From Calditrichia bacterium (GTDB taxonomy: Bacteria > Calditrichota > Calditrichia > RBG-13-44-9): a stretch of DNA of 15,691 nt. The position numbers were made by a program, and so were the translations under genes. The DNA is taken from assembly GCA_037381445.1 (NCBI GenBank), contig JARRQT010000044.1, positions 12,758-28,448 of the forward strand, read 5' to 3'. Of this stretch, positions 1 to 7,216 are shown in pieces (position 1 is the first letter of the stretch; every line of letters starts with the position of its first letter). The notes under the pieces were generated by a model that made no database searches, was not told the DNA's origin, and was given only the letters and a program-made list of their open reading frames with translations.

Positions 1-77
1 CCCAATGTCAGGGATTTTAACAACCCGGTCCTGGCATGGGGCCTTTTATTTTGATTAAAATGGTTTGTTGCCTGCAA
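1..77 (-). CDS. Possible 5' end of a downstream gene running off the window edge (TTG start; MQATNHFNQNKRPHARTGLLKSLTL...)
   Basis: Frame is open from TTG at 77 to the window edge and starts 15 nt after the stop of the 93..1478 gene. A basic stretch followed by hydrophobic residues resembles a signal peptide start. No SD seen and too short to identify. Confidence 0.25.
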   Translation of the reverse strand, partial: MQATNHFNQNKRPHARTGLLKSLTL

Positions 78-92
78 TTCTATAAGGGCTGT

Positions 93-1478
93 TCACCAGA
101 CATACCGGCTCTTTAAAAACACCTGCACCGGCGCGGGCACCCAAATACTATCAGGATCCTGAACGTCATGAAATAGATTCTGCTCATTTATATTGGCCGG
201 ATATTTTTTCACCATGCTGTTCAATGCGGTCTCTAATTTCTGCCACTCCTCAGGATTTCTTTCCTTATAATCAGGTGAAGCTATACGCCGCTGAAATTCT
301 CCCGATAAAAAGTCTCTGCTTTCTCTTTGAATATTTTTTCTGGCCACCGCTTGCTTCTCAATGCCCGCTTTCATCGCCTCCCCTATAAGCATATCTCCAC
401 GTATAATATCGATAATGGATTGTATCATCCGGGCGCGGGTGCGGAGGTAGGGCCGGTGAAAGGGCGGCATCTCCTTCAGACGATTCATAAAGTCTTCCAC
501 CGTCATTTCCTGGTCTCCAAACCTGGCCAGCGGCTTTTTCAAAACATCGATGATGCCGATCTGAATCGCCCCCAATTCCCCGTTATTTATAGCAGGTTTA
601 AAAATGCTCGGCTTATCATACTTTGCACCCATCACTGACCGTGTTTCTTTTTCGAGGACATCCAGAACACGGTTGTTAATCTGAATTTTTCTTCCATCAG
701 CTAATTTTTCAAGATAAGCCCGGATGATTTTATCCGCCTTGCGGTTCCGGATAATTTCCAGGACATCCTGTGTAACCATCTGAGAACTCATGCTGGAAAC
801 GGCCGGATTAGGTTCAATGGCTAATAATTTGACGATATAATAACTATCTTTGACCTTCACCGGATCGCATACCTGGTTGGGTTGCAGGGAATAAACCGCC
901 TCTTCAAGGCCGGGATCCAGATCACCGAAGGAAATATAACCCACATCATCCCTCTTATTAATTGAAGAATCATTCGGGGATATTTTGCTGGCCAACGCAG
1001 TCAGATCCGCCCCCCCGTCCGGTTGGTCCTTCAGGGAATCGGCAGCCCCCCGGGATGGCGCAACGACAAATTGAATTTTCAGACGCTTGTTTATTTTCGC
1101 GGTACCTTGCAGTAATTCCAGATCACTGACCTTTACGCTGTCCAGAAATTTCTCCTTTACAAACGCCTTCAGAGTTTCCTGCTCTCTAATATATTTGAGT
1201 TTGGGCTGGATATCCGGATCTTTGCTTAAACCGACTCTTTCCGAGGCCAGGAAAAGATGCGCCTGTCGGATCAAATAGGCCAGTTGACTCTGCCGCACCT
1301 CGCGTAACGGGGTCCTGGTGGAAAATTGAGGATTCAGGAGGACGCTGTTTTGCAGCTCCCGGAAGGTAATTTTTTCTTTTCCCACTTTGGCAACCACCGG
1401 AGAGCTATCCGCTGATTTTTGGGAACAGGCGCTTAGCAGTATTAAAAAAAGGAGTACCGCAGGAATGCTTTTTTTCAT
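93..1478 (-). CDS. PpiC/parvulin-domain lipoprotein (SurA/PrsA-like periplasmic chaperone)
   Basis: ATG at 1478 gives MKKSIPAVLLFLILLSAC, a lipoprotein signal with lipobox LSAC. Two SurA-N-like motifs (VVAKVGKEKIT, LARFGDQEMTV) flank a parvulin-like segment (DDVGYISFGDLDPGLEEAVYSLQPNQVCDPVKVKDSYYIVKL). The ORF-track start at 1553 is probably too far upstream. Confidence 0.85.
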   Translation of the reverse strand: MKKSIPAVLLFLILLSACSQKSADSSPVVAKVGKEKITFRELQNSVLLNPQFSTRTPLREVRQSQLAYLIRQAHLFLASERVGLSKDPDIQPKLKYIREQETLKAFVKEKFLDSVKVSDLELLQGTAKINKRLKIQFVVAPSRGAADSLKDQPDGGADLTALASKISPNDSSINKRDDVGYISFGDLDPGLEEAVYSLQPNQVCDPVKVKDSYYIVKLLAIEPNPAVSSMSSQMVTQDVLEIIRNRKADKIIRAYLEKLADGRKIQINNRVLDVLEKETRSVMGAKYDKPSIFKPAINNGELGAIQIGIIDVLKKPLARFGDQEMTVEDFMNRLKEMPPFHRPYLRTRARMIQSIIDIIRGDMLIGEAMKAGIEKQAVARKNIQRESRDFLSGEFQRRIASPDYKERNPEEWQKLETALNSMVKKYPANINEQNLFHDVQDPDSIWVPAPVQVFLKSRYVW

Positions 1479-1511
1479 GATATGATTCTTATTTGATGTT
1501 GGCATAGCTAA

Positions 1512-1520
1512 ATAATAACA
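1512..1520 (-). promoter_or_regulatory. Candidate extended -10 promoter (TGtTATTAT) for the PpiC lipoprotein gene
   Basis: Minus strand reads TG-t-TATTAT about 33 nt upstream of the ATG at 1478, downstream of the ccm terminator. No good -35, and the region is AT-rich. Confidence 0.35.
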
Positions 1521-1656
1521 GATCTTTATAAATTCAAAAGCTTTCGTCTTCAAAATTAGTACATTTAATTTTTCCGAATCAGGAAAGTTCGCAGGTTTTT
1601 ATTTTTCAGAAGGAAATCCATTCTGAGATTCTCAGATTTCCCGGGTCATCATCATC

Positions 1657-1686
1657 AAAAAAGGGCTGCCCGGGATGCAGCCCTTT
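1657..1686 (-). terminator. Intrinsic terminator of the ccm operon
   Basis: Stem AAAGGGCTGC (1660-1669) / GCAGCCCTTT (1677-1686) with a 7-nt loop, ending in a T6 run on the minus strand, about 60 nt after the ccmF stop. Confidence 0.85.
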
Positions 1687-1748
1687 ATTAATTGACAATT
1701 ATCTGCTTTTCAAAAATATGGCCCTGCCATTCTTCACAATGAATAAAA

Positions 1749-3974
1749 TCAGGCTTTCCCGGCGATTTTAATTCTGTCTACCAGAGTAACAAAAACACCA
1801 ATGATCATCACAATGGTGCCGAACCAGAGGATACTGATCAACGGCTTTTCACTAACTTCCACCGCCAGAATATCATCTGCCTGCCCGGTCGCTTTTGAAG
1901 GCGAAAGCACAGCCAGTTTTAACATACCCTGATTGGCATCCAGCGCCTCAATGCGGATTTTGTAATCTGTTTCAGGGACCGATACTTCTTCGGACTGCAG
2001 GGTTCCGTTTTCCATCCACATAGCGGGTTGGATTGAAAAATCTTTGGAGTAATTGTTCTCCTTCACCGAAACCGTTAAATCGGCTTTAACAGTCATCGGC
2101 GACTGATCGGTATGGTCGCCGACCAGAAACTGATTGAACCTGATATTCAGGTTATCCACGGTCTGACTCTGGGTCTTTACTATCTCCACCTCCTGGGTGT
2201 TGGCTGCCTTGGCCGGCATGAAAGAAATAGGAGAAATGTAAATATCTTTGGCCAGACTCATTTTAACATGCGGGGACACCATATAGCTCTGGGTATAATC
2301 ACTGAAATAGAATTGCGGATCGGCTTCAAAACTTTTATTTCCATCCTTCACGAAAAGCTGGGCCCGGTCCTTCCCGTCGGGACTCCCCTTAAATTTGGTA
2401 AACTCGATATTATAGCCGAAATTGGTCGGTGTGAATTTGCCGGCCGGAAGCGTTACTTTTTCGCTGGTGGAATACATCGAAGACGTAATGATCCCTATGA
2501 CCATGAGCGCGATCCCCACATGGGACAGATAGGCGCCCCCTTTGGACGGGGTTTTCTTCAGCAATTTGAATGCCACATAGCCATTGATGATCACCACAAA
2601 GAGTGACAGGAACACCAGCAGAATGGACACCGGTTTTGTTAATCCTAAAAATACGGCTGCGACAGTGATGGCCAATGAGATAGCGGCGCTTATCAGCATG
2701 TTTTTCCTGTTCCTGAGCTCGGAGACTTTCCAGGCCAGCAAGGGAGCCAGCGCCATGGCAAAAAGCATGAAAGCAGTTATGGGAATGCTGACGGTATTAT
2801 AGAATCCGGCTGATACATTGGAAGGTTTTCCGAAAAGTCCGGTATAGATTGGCGAGGAAGTGCCGATGAATACCGTTATTCCCGTGAACAGAAGGGACAT
2901 CATTCCCATCAGCACAAACGTTTCACGGCTGAAAATTCCTTCCGCAAATCTGGGACTTTCCATCAGTTTCAGCGTCTTGAAATAGTAATACAGGAACAGG
3001 CCCGCGAAAAATGCTACAAAGGCGATGAGATAGAGATTTAAATCGGATTCGGCAAATGAGTGCACAGAGAAATCCGCCAGCACTCCCGATCGGGTCAGAA
3101 ACGATCCCCACAGCACGGATACAAAGGCCAGACCGGCCAGGAAGAGATTTGTTTTTACCAGGCCTTTCTGGCGTATCTGGATGATGAGTCCGTGCAGCAG
3201 AACGGCACTGAACAGCCAGGGAACAAACGAAGCATTTTCAACCGGATCCCAGGCCCAGTAGCCGCCCCATCCCAGGGTGACATAGGACCAGTAACCGCCC
3301 ATGATAATGCCGGTTCCCAGCATCAGCGTGGTGAAAAGCACCCAGGGCCGGGCCTGTTTTACCCAGTTCACAAAATTGCGAGTGACCATTGCATTCAGGG
3401 AAAGCGCGAAGGCAACCACTGTTGAACTATATCCTATGAACATGATGGGGGGATGGATAATCATCCAGGGATTCTGCAAAAGCGGATTCAGACTCCGCCC
3501 GTCCGGCGGCATGAAACCGACCGGGGCATCCGCGTGGACATGCCAGATCATGGCAAACGGACTTTTTTTCAACAAGATCAGAAGGATGAAGGACTGCACC
3601 AGCATCACAAAAAGCATGACCAGCGGCTGTTTCTTTGCCAGCGTACGGATGAGGATGATCCCAAATACCGTGCTGTAAATGAGCCACAGCATGAAAGTTC
3701 CTTCCTGTCCGGCCCAGAATGTTGAAATCAGATAATAAGTGGACAGCTTCAGGGAAGTATAGCTGTACACATAATTCAATTGAAAATTATGGGCGAAGAT
3801 ATTGTAATAAAGCAGGACGGATGCAAAGAGCACTCCCACTCCCATTACGGCAAAACTGCGGTTTGCCAGATTATAAAACCGTTCATCATTCTCTTTATAA
3901 TAAAGCCAGTATGCCGCTGCAGAAACCGTAGCAGCAACAAAGGCGATGGAAATCGCTAATATACCGCTGATCAT
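1749..3974 (-). CDS. ccmF: Cytochrome c heme lyase CcmF
   Basis: WAGQEG motif, LNPLLQNPWMIIHPP, WWD motif WGGYWAWDPVENAS, and conserved His in LLHG, SVHSF and LSHVG. Many TM segments and a C-terminal KPLISILWFG motif. Confidence 0.96.
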   Translation of the reverse strand: MISGILAISIAFVAATVSAAAYWLYYKENDERFYNLANRSFAVMGVGVLFASVLLYYNIFAHNFQLNYVYSYTSLKLSTYYLISTFWAGQEGTFMLWLIYSTVFGIILIRTLAKKQPLVMLFVMLVQSFILLILLKKSPFAMIWHVHADAPVGFMPPDGRSLNPLLQNPWMIIHPPIMFIGYSSTVVAFALSLNAMVTRNFVNWVKQARPWVLFTTLMLGTGIIMGGYWSYVTLGWGGYWAWDPVENASFVPWLFSAVLLHGLIIQIRQKGLVKTNLFLAGLAFVSVLWGSFLTRSGVLADFSVHSFAESDLNLYLIAFVAFFAGLFLYYYFKTLKLMESPRFAEGIFSRETFVLMGMMSLLFTGITVFIGTSSPIYTGLFGKPSNVSAGFYNTVSIPITAFMLFAMALAPLLAWKVSELRNRKNMLISAAISLAITVAAVFLGLTKPVSILLVFLSLFVVIINGYVAFKLLKKTPSKGGAYLSHVGIALMVIGIITSSMYSTSEKVTLPAGKFTPTNFGYNIEFTKFKGSPDGKDRAQLFVKDGNKSFEADPQFYFSDYTQSYMVSPHVKMSLAKDIYISPISFMPAKAANTQEVEIVKTQSQTVDNLNIRFNQFLVGDHTDQSPMTVKADLTVSVKENNYSKDFSIQPAMWMENGTLQSEEVSVPETDYKIRIEALDANQGMLKLAVLSPSKATGQADDILAVEVSEKPLISILWFGTIVMIIGVFVTLVDRIKIAGKA

Positions 3975-3976
3975 AT

Positions 3977-4345
3977 TTACGCTCCTTCTGCTTGATATTT
4001 AGACGGGCATTTGACAAGTAATTGTTCGGCTTCGAACTGGTCCTGATTGAAACGGCCAATGACTACAACTTCGGTGGCCTGCTCCAGGTTGGCAGGTTTT
4101 ACACCGTGATATATCACGTTGAATTCTTTACCCTTATCATCGAGCATTTTGAAACGGAAAATTTTATTTTCCACATCAAACTCCTCGCTGCCTGCCACCC
4201 GCTGGCCTTTCACCTGCACAACGGATTTACTTGCCCGCGCCTCATCCACCGAAACATAGGGCGTCAGCGACTTGCTCAGATTAATAGCCGCGAATACAAT
4301 AAATCCCGCGATTATTAATATTCCCACTATATATTTAGGCTTCAT
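3977..4345 (-). CDS. ccmE: Heme chaperone CcmE, CxxxY variant
   Basis: N-terminal membrane anchor, OB-fold-like core (VIYHGVKPANL...VVVIGRF...FEAEQLLVKCPSKY). AGGAGG SD upstream. Lies between ccmD and ccmF. Confidence 0.95.
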   Translation of the reverse strand: MKPKYIVGILIIAGFIVFAAINLSKSLTPYVSVDEARASKSVVQVKGQRVAGSEEFDVENKIFRFKMLDDKGKEFNVIYHGVKPANLEQATEVVVIGRFNQDQFEAEQLLVKCPSKYQAEGA

Positions 4346-4393
4346 TATCGTCCTCCTGGATTGTTGGAACGTTCAGCAAAACAAATTTTTTGT

Positions 4394-4537
4394 TTAACTC
4401 AATTTTTCTGAAAAATCTTCCTTAAATTCCAACTTTTGTTTAATATTTTTTAATTGCTTATCAATATAGAAGAGATAGGAAAATATTCCGCCCCAAATAA
4501 TCAGACAGACAATTAATACCACATAAATTCCTGACAT
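4394..4537 (-). CDS. ccmD: CcmD-family small membrane protein, 47 aa (not in the ORF track)
   Basis: Manual translation: MSGIYVVLIVCLIIWGGIFSYLFYIDKQLKNIKQKLEFKEDFSEKLS*. One TM helix plus a charged tail. AGGAAGGA upstream. Canonical position between ccmC and ccmE. Confidence 0.88.
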   Translation of the reverse strand: MSGIYVVLIVCLIIWGGIFSYLFYIDKQLKNIKQKLEFKEDFSEKLS

Positions 4538-4560
4538 ATCTATTTTTCCTTCCTGTGTGC

Positions 4561-5229
4561 TTACAATGTTTCTTCTTTGCCGGACAATTTCAGCATAACG
4601 GCATCCACTTTGATCCGCAGCATCCAGTAAAACAGAAGGGTGAACGCTGCCAGGGAGTTAAAGAATACCAGCTGCATCCGGCCGTCCATTTTTATTTTTC
4701 CCTGGGCATTGATCAGAGGATCGGGATGGAGTGAATCGTAAATCCGCGGTATGATGAAAATGAAAAAGGGAACCGTCACAAATGCGATGATGGAATAGAC
4801 GGCCGACAGCCTGGCCTTTTGTTCATCCACCTCGATGGCGGAGCGCAGGGCGAAATATGCCGCGTAGATGAGAAGCAATATGAAAATGGAAGTTTCCCGC
4901 GGGTCCCAGTTCCAAAAGCTGTGCCATATTTTGCTGGCCCAGATGGATCCGGTAACGGTGGCCAGGATTGAAAATATCAAACCGATTTGGGCCGCGGAGG
5001 AAGCCCATACATCGTGTTTTAAATCCTGCGTCCTTAAATACAATATGCTGTATATGGCGGAAATGAGAAAGGCGATTGTTGCCAGCCAGGCGGTGGGCAC
5101 ATGAAAGAACAGTATGCGCGCCGTCTCCCCCAAACCTTTGGCAGGAGGAGCGTAAAGGAAAGCCCCGACAATAACCAGGGTCATCCACAGCCCCAATATA
5201 TATTTCCACCAGTTTCTATTTAAATTCAT
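4561..5229 (-). CDS. ccmC: Heme exporter subunit CcmC
   Basis: FFHVPTAW, WWD motif WHSFWNWDPRETS and SLHP (both heme-ligating His present). Six TM segments. Start overlaps the ccmB stop (TAATG). Confidence 0.96.
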   Translation of the reverse strand: MNLNRNWWKYILGLWMTLVIVGAFLYAPPAKGLGETARILFFHVPTAWLATIAFLISAIYSILYLRTQDLKHDVWASSAAQIGLIFSILATVTGSIWASKIWHSFWNWDPRETSIFILLLIYAAYFALRSAIEVDEQKARLSAVYSIIAFVTVPFFIFIIPRIYDSLHPDPLINAQGKIKMDGRMQLVFFNSLAAFTLLFYWMLRIKVDAVMLKLSGKEETL

Positions 5230-5891
5230 TATTTCCTCCAGATAAATTCAAACAATAGCAGTGATAATGTCACAATTACTATTGAAAATGAAATTAACAC
5301 CTGCAAATCCGATAAACAATCAGAAAATTGAACGCCGTCCATAGCCAGGCGTGTTCCGTGAATTCCGGAAATAAGGATAGGCAGCGAGATGGGAAAGGAG
5401 ACTACCGCAAAGAGCGCTCCTTTGGCACTGGCCTGGGAGATGATGGCGGCAATGATGGTGGCAACCGATGCCAAGCCGATGCTCCCGATGAAAAGAATGA
5501 GCAAAAATATCCAGATTCCTTCCACGCCCGCGCCCATCATGGCCAGGAACAACGGCACAATAATAACTTCCAGCCCGAAGAGCAGCACGATATTGAAAAA
5601 CCATTTGCCAAGGAATACGCTGGCGGGAGAAGTGACCAGCCGCAGCGTATCGGCGGTTTGCTGTTCTTCCTCACGCACAAAAATGTGGGAAAGTCCGGAC
5701 ATGGATGAAAAAAACAGGAGTATCCATAACAGCGGAGAGAGGACTTCACTTCTCAGATTCATGGGGCCGATGGAAAAACTGATGGCAGTGAGCGTGGTGA
5801 TTGCGAACATCAATATGGCGTTTATGGAATATCGCGTCCGGAACTCAAGATGAATATCTTTCTGAAATACGATGTGCGCGCTACGAAGCAA
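5229..5891 (-). CDS. ccmB: Heme exporter permease CcmB
   Basis: VFQKDIHLEFRTR N-terminus, FVREEEQQTADTLRL, VFLGKW, LFAVVSFPISLPILI. The frame is open to 5945. TTG at 5891 (MLRSAHIVF, overlapping the ccmA stop) fits typical CcmB length, but the start is uncertain (ATG alternatives at 5933 and 5945). Confidence 0.93.
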   Translation of the reverse strand: MLRSAHIVFQKDIHLEFRTRYSINAILMFAITTLTAISFSIGPMNLRSEVLSPLLWILLFFSSMSGLSHIFVREEEQQTADTLRLVTSPASVFLGKWFFNIVLLFGLEVIIVPLFLAMMGAGVEGIWIFLLILFIGSIGLASVATIIAAIISQASAKGALFAVVSFPISLPILISGIHGTRLAMDGVQFSDCLSDLQVLISFSIVIVTLSLLLFEFIWRK

Positions 5892-6498
5892 GCCGAATCT
5901 GTTCTTCGCCAAACTTAATTTCCTCCGGTTCATTGGTCGCGACAATCAGGATTTTGCTTCTTCTTTGCTCTTCCATGATTTCATAGACGATTTCGGCGCC
6001 CTTCTCATCAAGGTTGGATGTGGGTTCATCGAGGATCAGAATCTCCGGCTGATGAATCAGAGCCATCACATACTTCACGCGGTGCAGCATGCCCGAAGAG
6101 TAGGTGCGCAATTCATCCATTTCCCTGCCTGCCAAACCCATCCTTCCCATTAATTTTTTAAAATGGTTTACATCTACCGGCTGTCTGCGGATTTTTGCAA
6201 AAAATTCATAGTTTTCCAGCGCGGTTAAGCTATTATACAACTGGAGATACGGACCGACCAATCCCAAAAACGGATAGATCTGATCCTGTTTGATTTCTTC
6301 ATCGTTTCTGAAAAAACGGACTTTCCCTTTTGTGGGACGGATGAGCTGACAAATCACCCGCACCAGGGTTGTTTTACCGGAACCATTGGGCCCCAGAAAA
6401 ACCAGCGAATGCCCGCTTTTGATTTTAAAAGAGATGTCCCGGAATATAATGCGCTGATTGAACTTTTGAGCGATCTGATCAGCATGGATTTCAAACAT
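5881..6498 (-). CDS. ccmA: Heme exporter ABC ATPase CcmA
   Basis: Walker A GPNGSGKT, signature YSSGM, Walker B/D-loop ILILDEPTSNLD. First gene of the ccm operon. ATG at 6498 (MFEIHADQ) is preferred over TTG at 6555, which coincides with the predicted -35. Confidence 0.9.
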   Translation of the reverse strand: MFEIHADQIAQKFNQRIIFRDISFKIKSGHSLVFLGPNGSGKTTLVRVICQLIRPTKGKVRFFRNDEEIKQDQIYPFLGLVGPYLQLYNSLTALENYEFFAKIRRQPVDVNHFKKLMGRMGLAGREMDELRTYSSGMLHRVKYVMALIHQPEILILDEPTSNLDEKGAEIVYEIMEEQRRSKILIVATNEPEEIKFGEEQIRLAS

Positions 6499-6526
6499 AT
6501 GTACGCCGTTAAGCTTATCCGACTCT

Positions 6527-6555
6527 AAAATATTAAAGACCTTTAATATAAACAA
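6527..6555 (-). promoter_or_regulatory. Candidate sigma70 promoter of the ccm operon with a palindromic operator in the spacer
   Basis: Minus strand TTGTTT (6555-6550)-N17-TATTTT (6532-6527), 28 nt upstream of the ccmA ATG. A perfect inverted repeat ATATTAAAG-AC-CTTTAATAT occupies 6530-6549. Confidence 0.55.
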
Positions 6556-6747
6556 TATTTTAAAAACTCCAAATGCTTTATGAAAGTATTTTCATGCAAT
6601 GTAGAAACGATCTTATCATTCATCAGATTTCCGCAAGAACCCACCAGTATGTAAAAATGTAGCAAAGATGATTAAAAAATTCCTCATCAGCCAGGTTCGA
6701 TAAAACAGCCCCTGAAGTATAAATTTTTGAGGTACCAAATTTTTCAC

Positions 6748-6780
6748 TTGCTTGAGGAGATTTACATTTTAAATTAGTTT
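6748..6780 (+). promoter_or_regulatory. Candidate promoter(s) for the 79-aa gene
   Basis: TTGCTT (6748)-N16-TAAATT (6770) or TTGAGG (6752)-N17-TAGTTT (6775). The AT-rich context makes chance matches possible. Confidence 0.3.
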
Positions 6781-6920
6781 CAGGAAAAAAACAGGAAGAA
6801 ATATCGGATTTCTTGTTACCGCAGAAAATTTAGTCCATTAAAATTAAGAGGTATTTAACTGCAATATTTGTTACTACGCAAAATTTATGTGCTACACACA
6901 ATTAACAAACGGAGGTTAAG

Positions 6921-7160
6921 ATGCGTAGTAATCCATTGCAGGAATTTATACCCGACGAGCTGTTCTTTACTCTGAAATCGAAAGGTTTCATTAATGAACG
7001 GGCCGTGCGCGATTATTACATGAAGAAACGTTTCGAGGATATGAAAGAGCACCATCCGCCAAAGGCCATCTTCCATATGCTTCAAAAAGAATTCCCCTAC
7101 CTTTCTGTGGATACCGTAAGGAAAATCATTTACTCCCGCAACGGCTTTCAGTTCATTTGA
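6921..7160 (+). CDS. Small hypothetical protein (79 aa), putative helix-turn-helix DNA-binding protein
   Basis: Strong SD GGAGGT 4 nt before the ATG. Fills the gap between ccmA and lpxB. Basic and helical, with a C-terminal AIFHMLQKEFPYLSVDTVRKIIY pattern resembling an HTH. Function is inferred only. Confidence 0.8.
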   Translation: MRSNPLQEFIPDELFFTLKSKGFINERAVRDYYMKKRFEDMKEHHPPKAIFHMLQKEFPYLSVDTVRKIIYSRNGFQFI

Positions 7161-7216
7161 CAGGCCCCGGAACCGGTTCTTTTCAAAGCAAGTCTTGCAC
7201 TATATTTGGGAATTTT

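Noticed and set aside
1479..1553. N-terminal extension of the PpiC lipoprotein in the ORF track
   Set aside because: The lipoprotein signal peptide begins at ATG 1478, and the extension overlaps the candidate promoter.
1689..1720. Plus-strand TTGACA within a TAATTG-A-CAATTA palindrome, as a possible antisense promoter into ccmF
   Set aside because: No acceptable -10 at 16-18 nt spacing, and the palindrome is short and AT-rich.
6885..7085. 66-aa minus-strand ORF
   Set aside because: Antisense to the 79-aa gene, which has the strong SD and a protein-like sequence.
7161..7185. Possible terminator after the 79-aa gene (CCGGAACCGGTTCTTTT)
   Set aside because: The stem is too short, or the loop too small, for a confident call.
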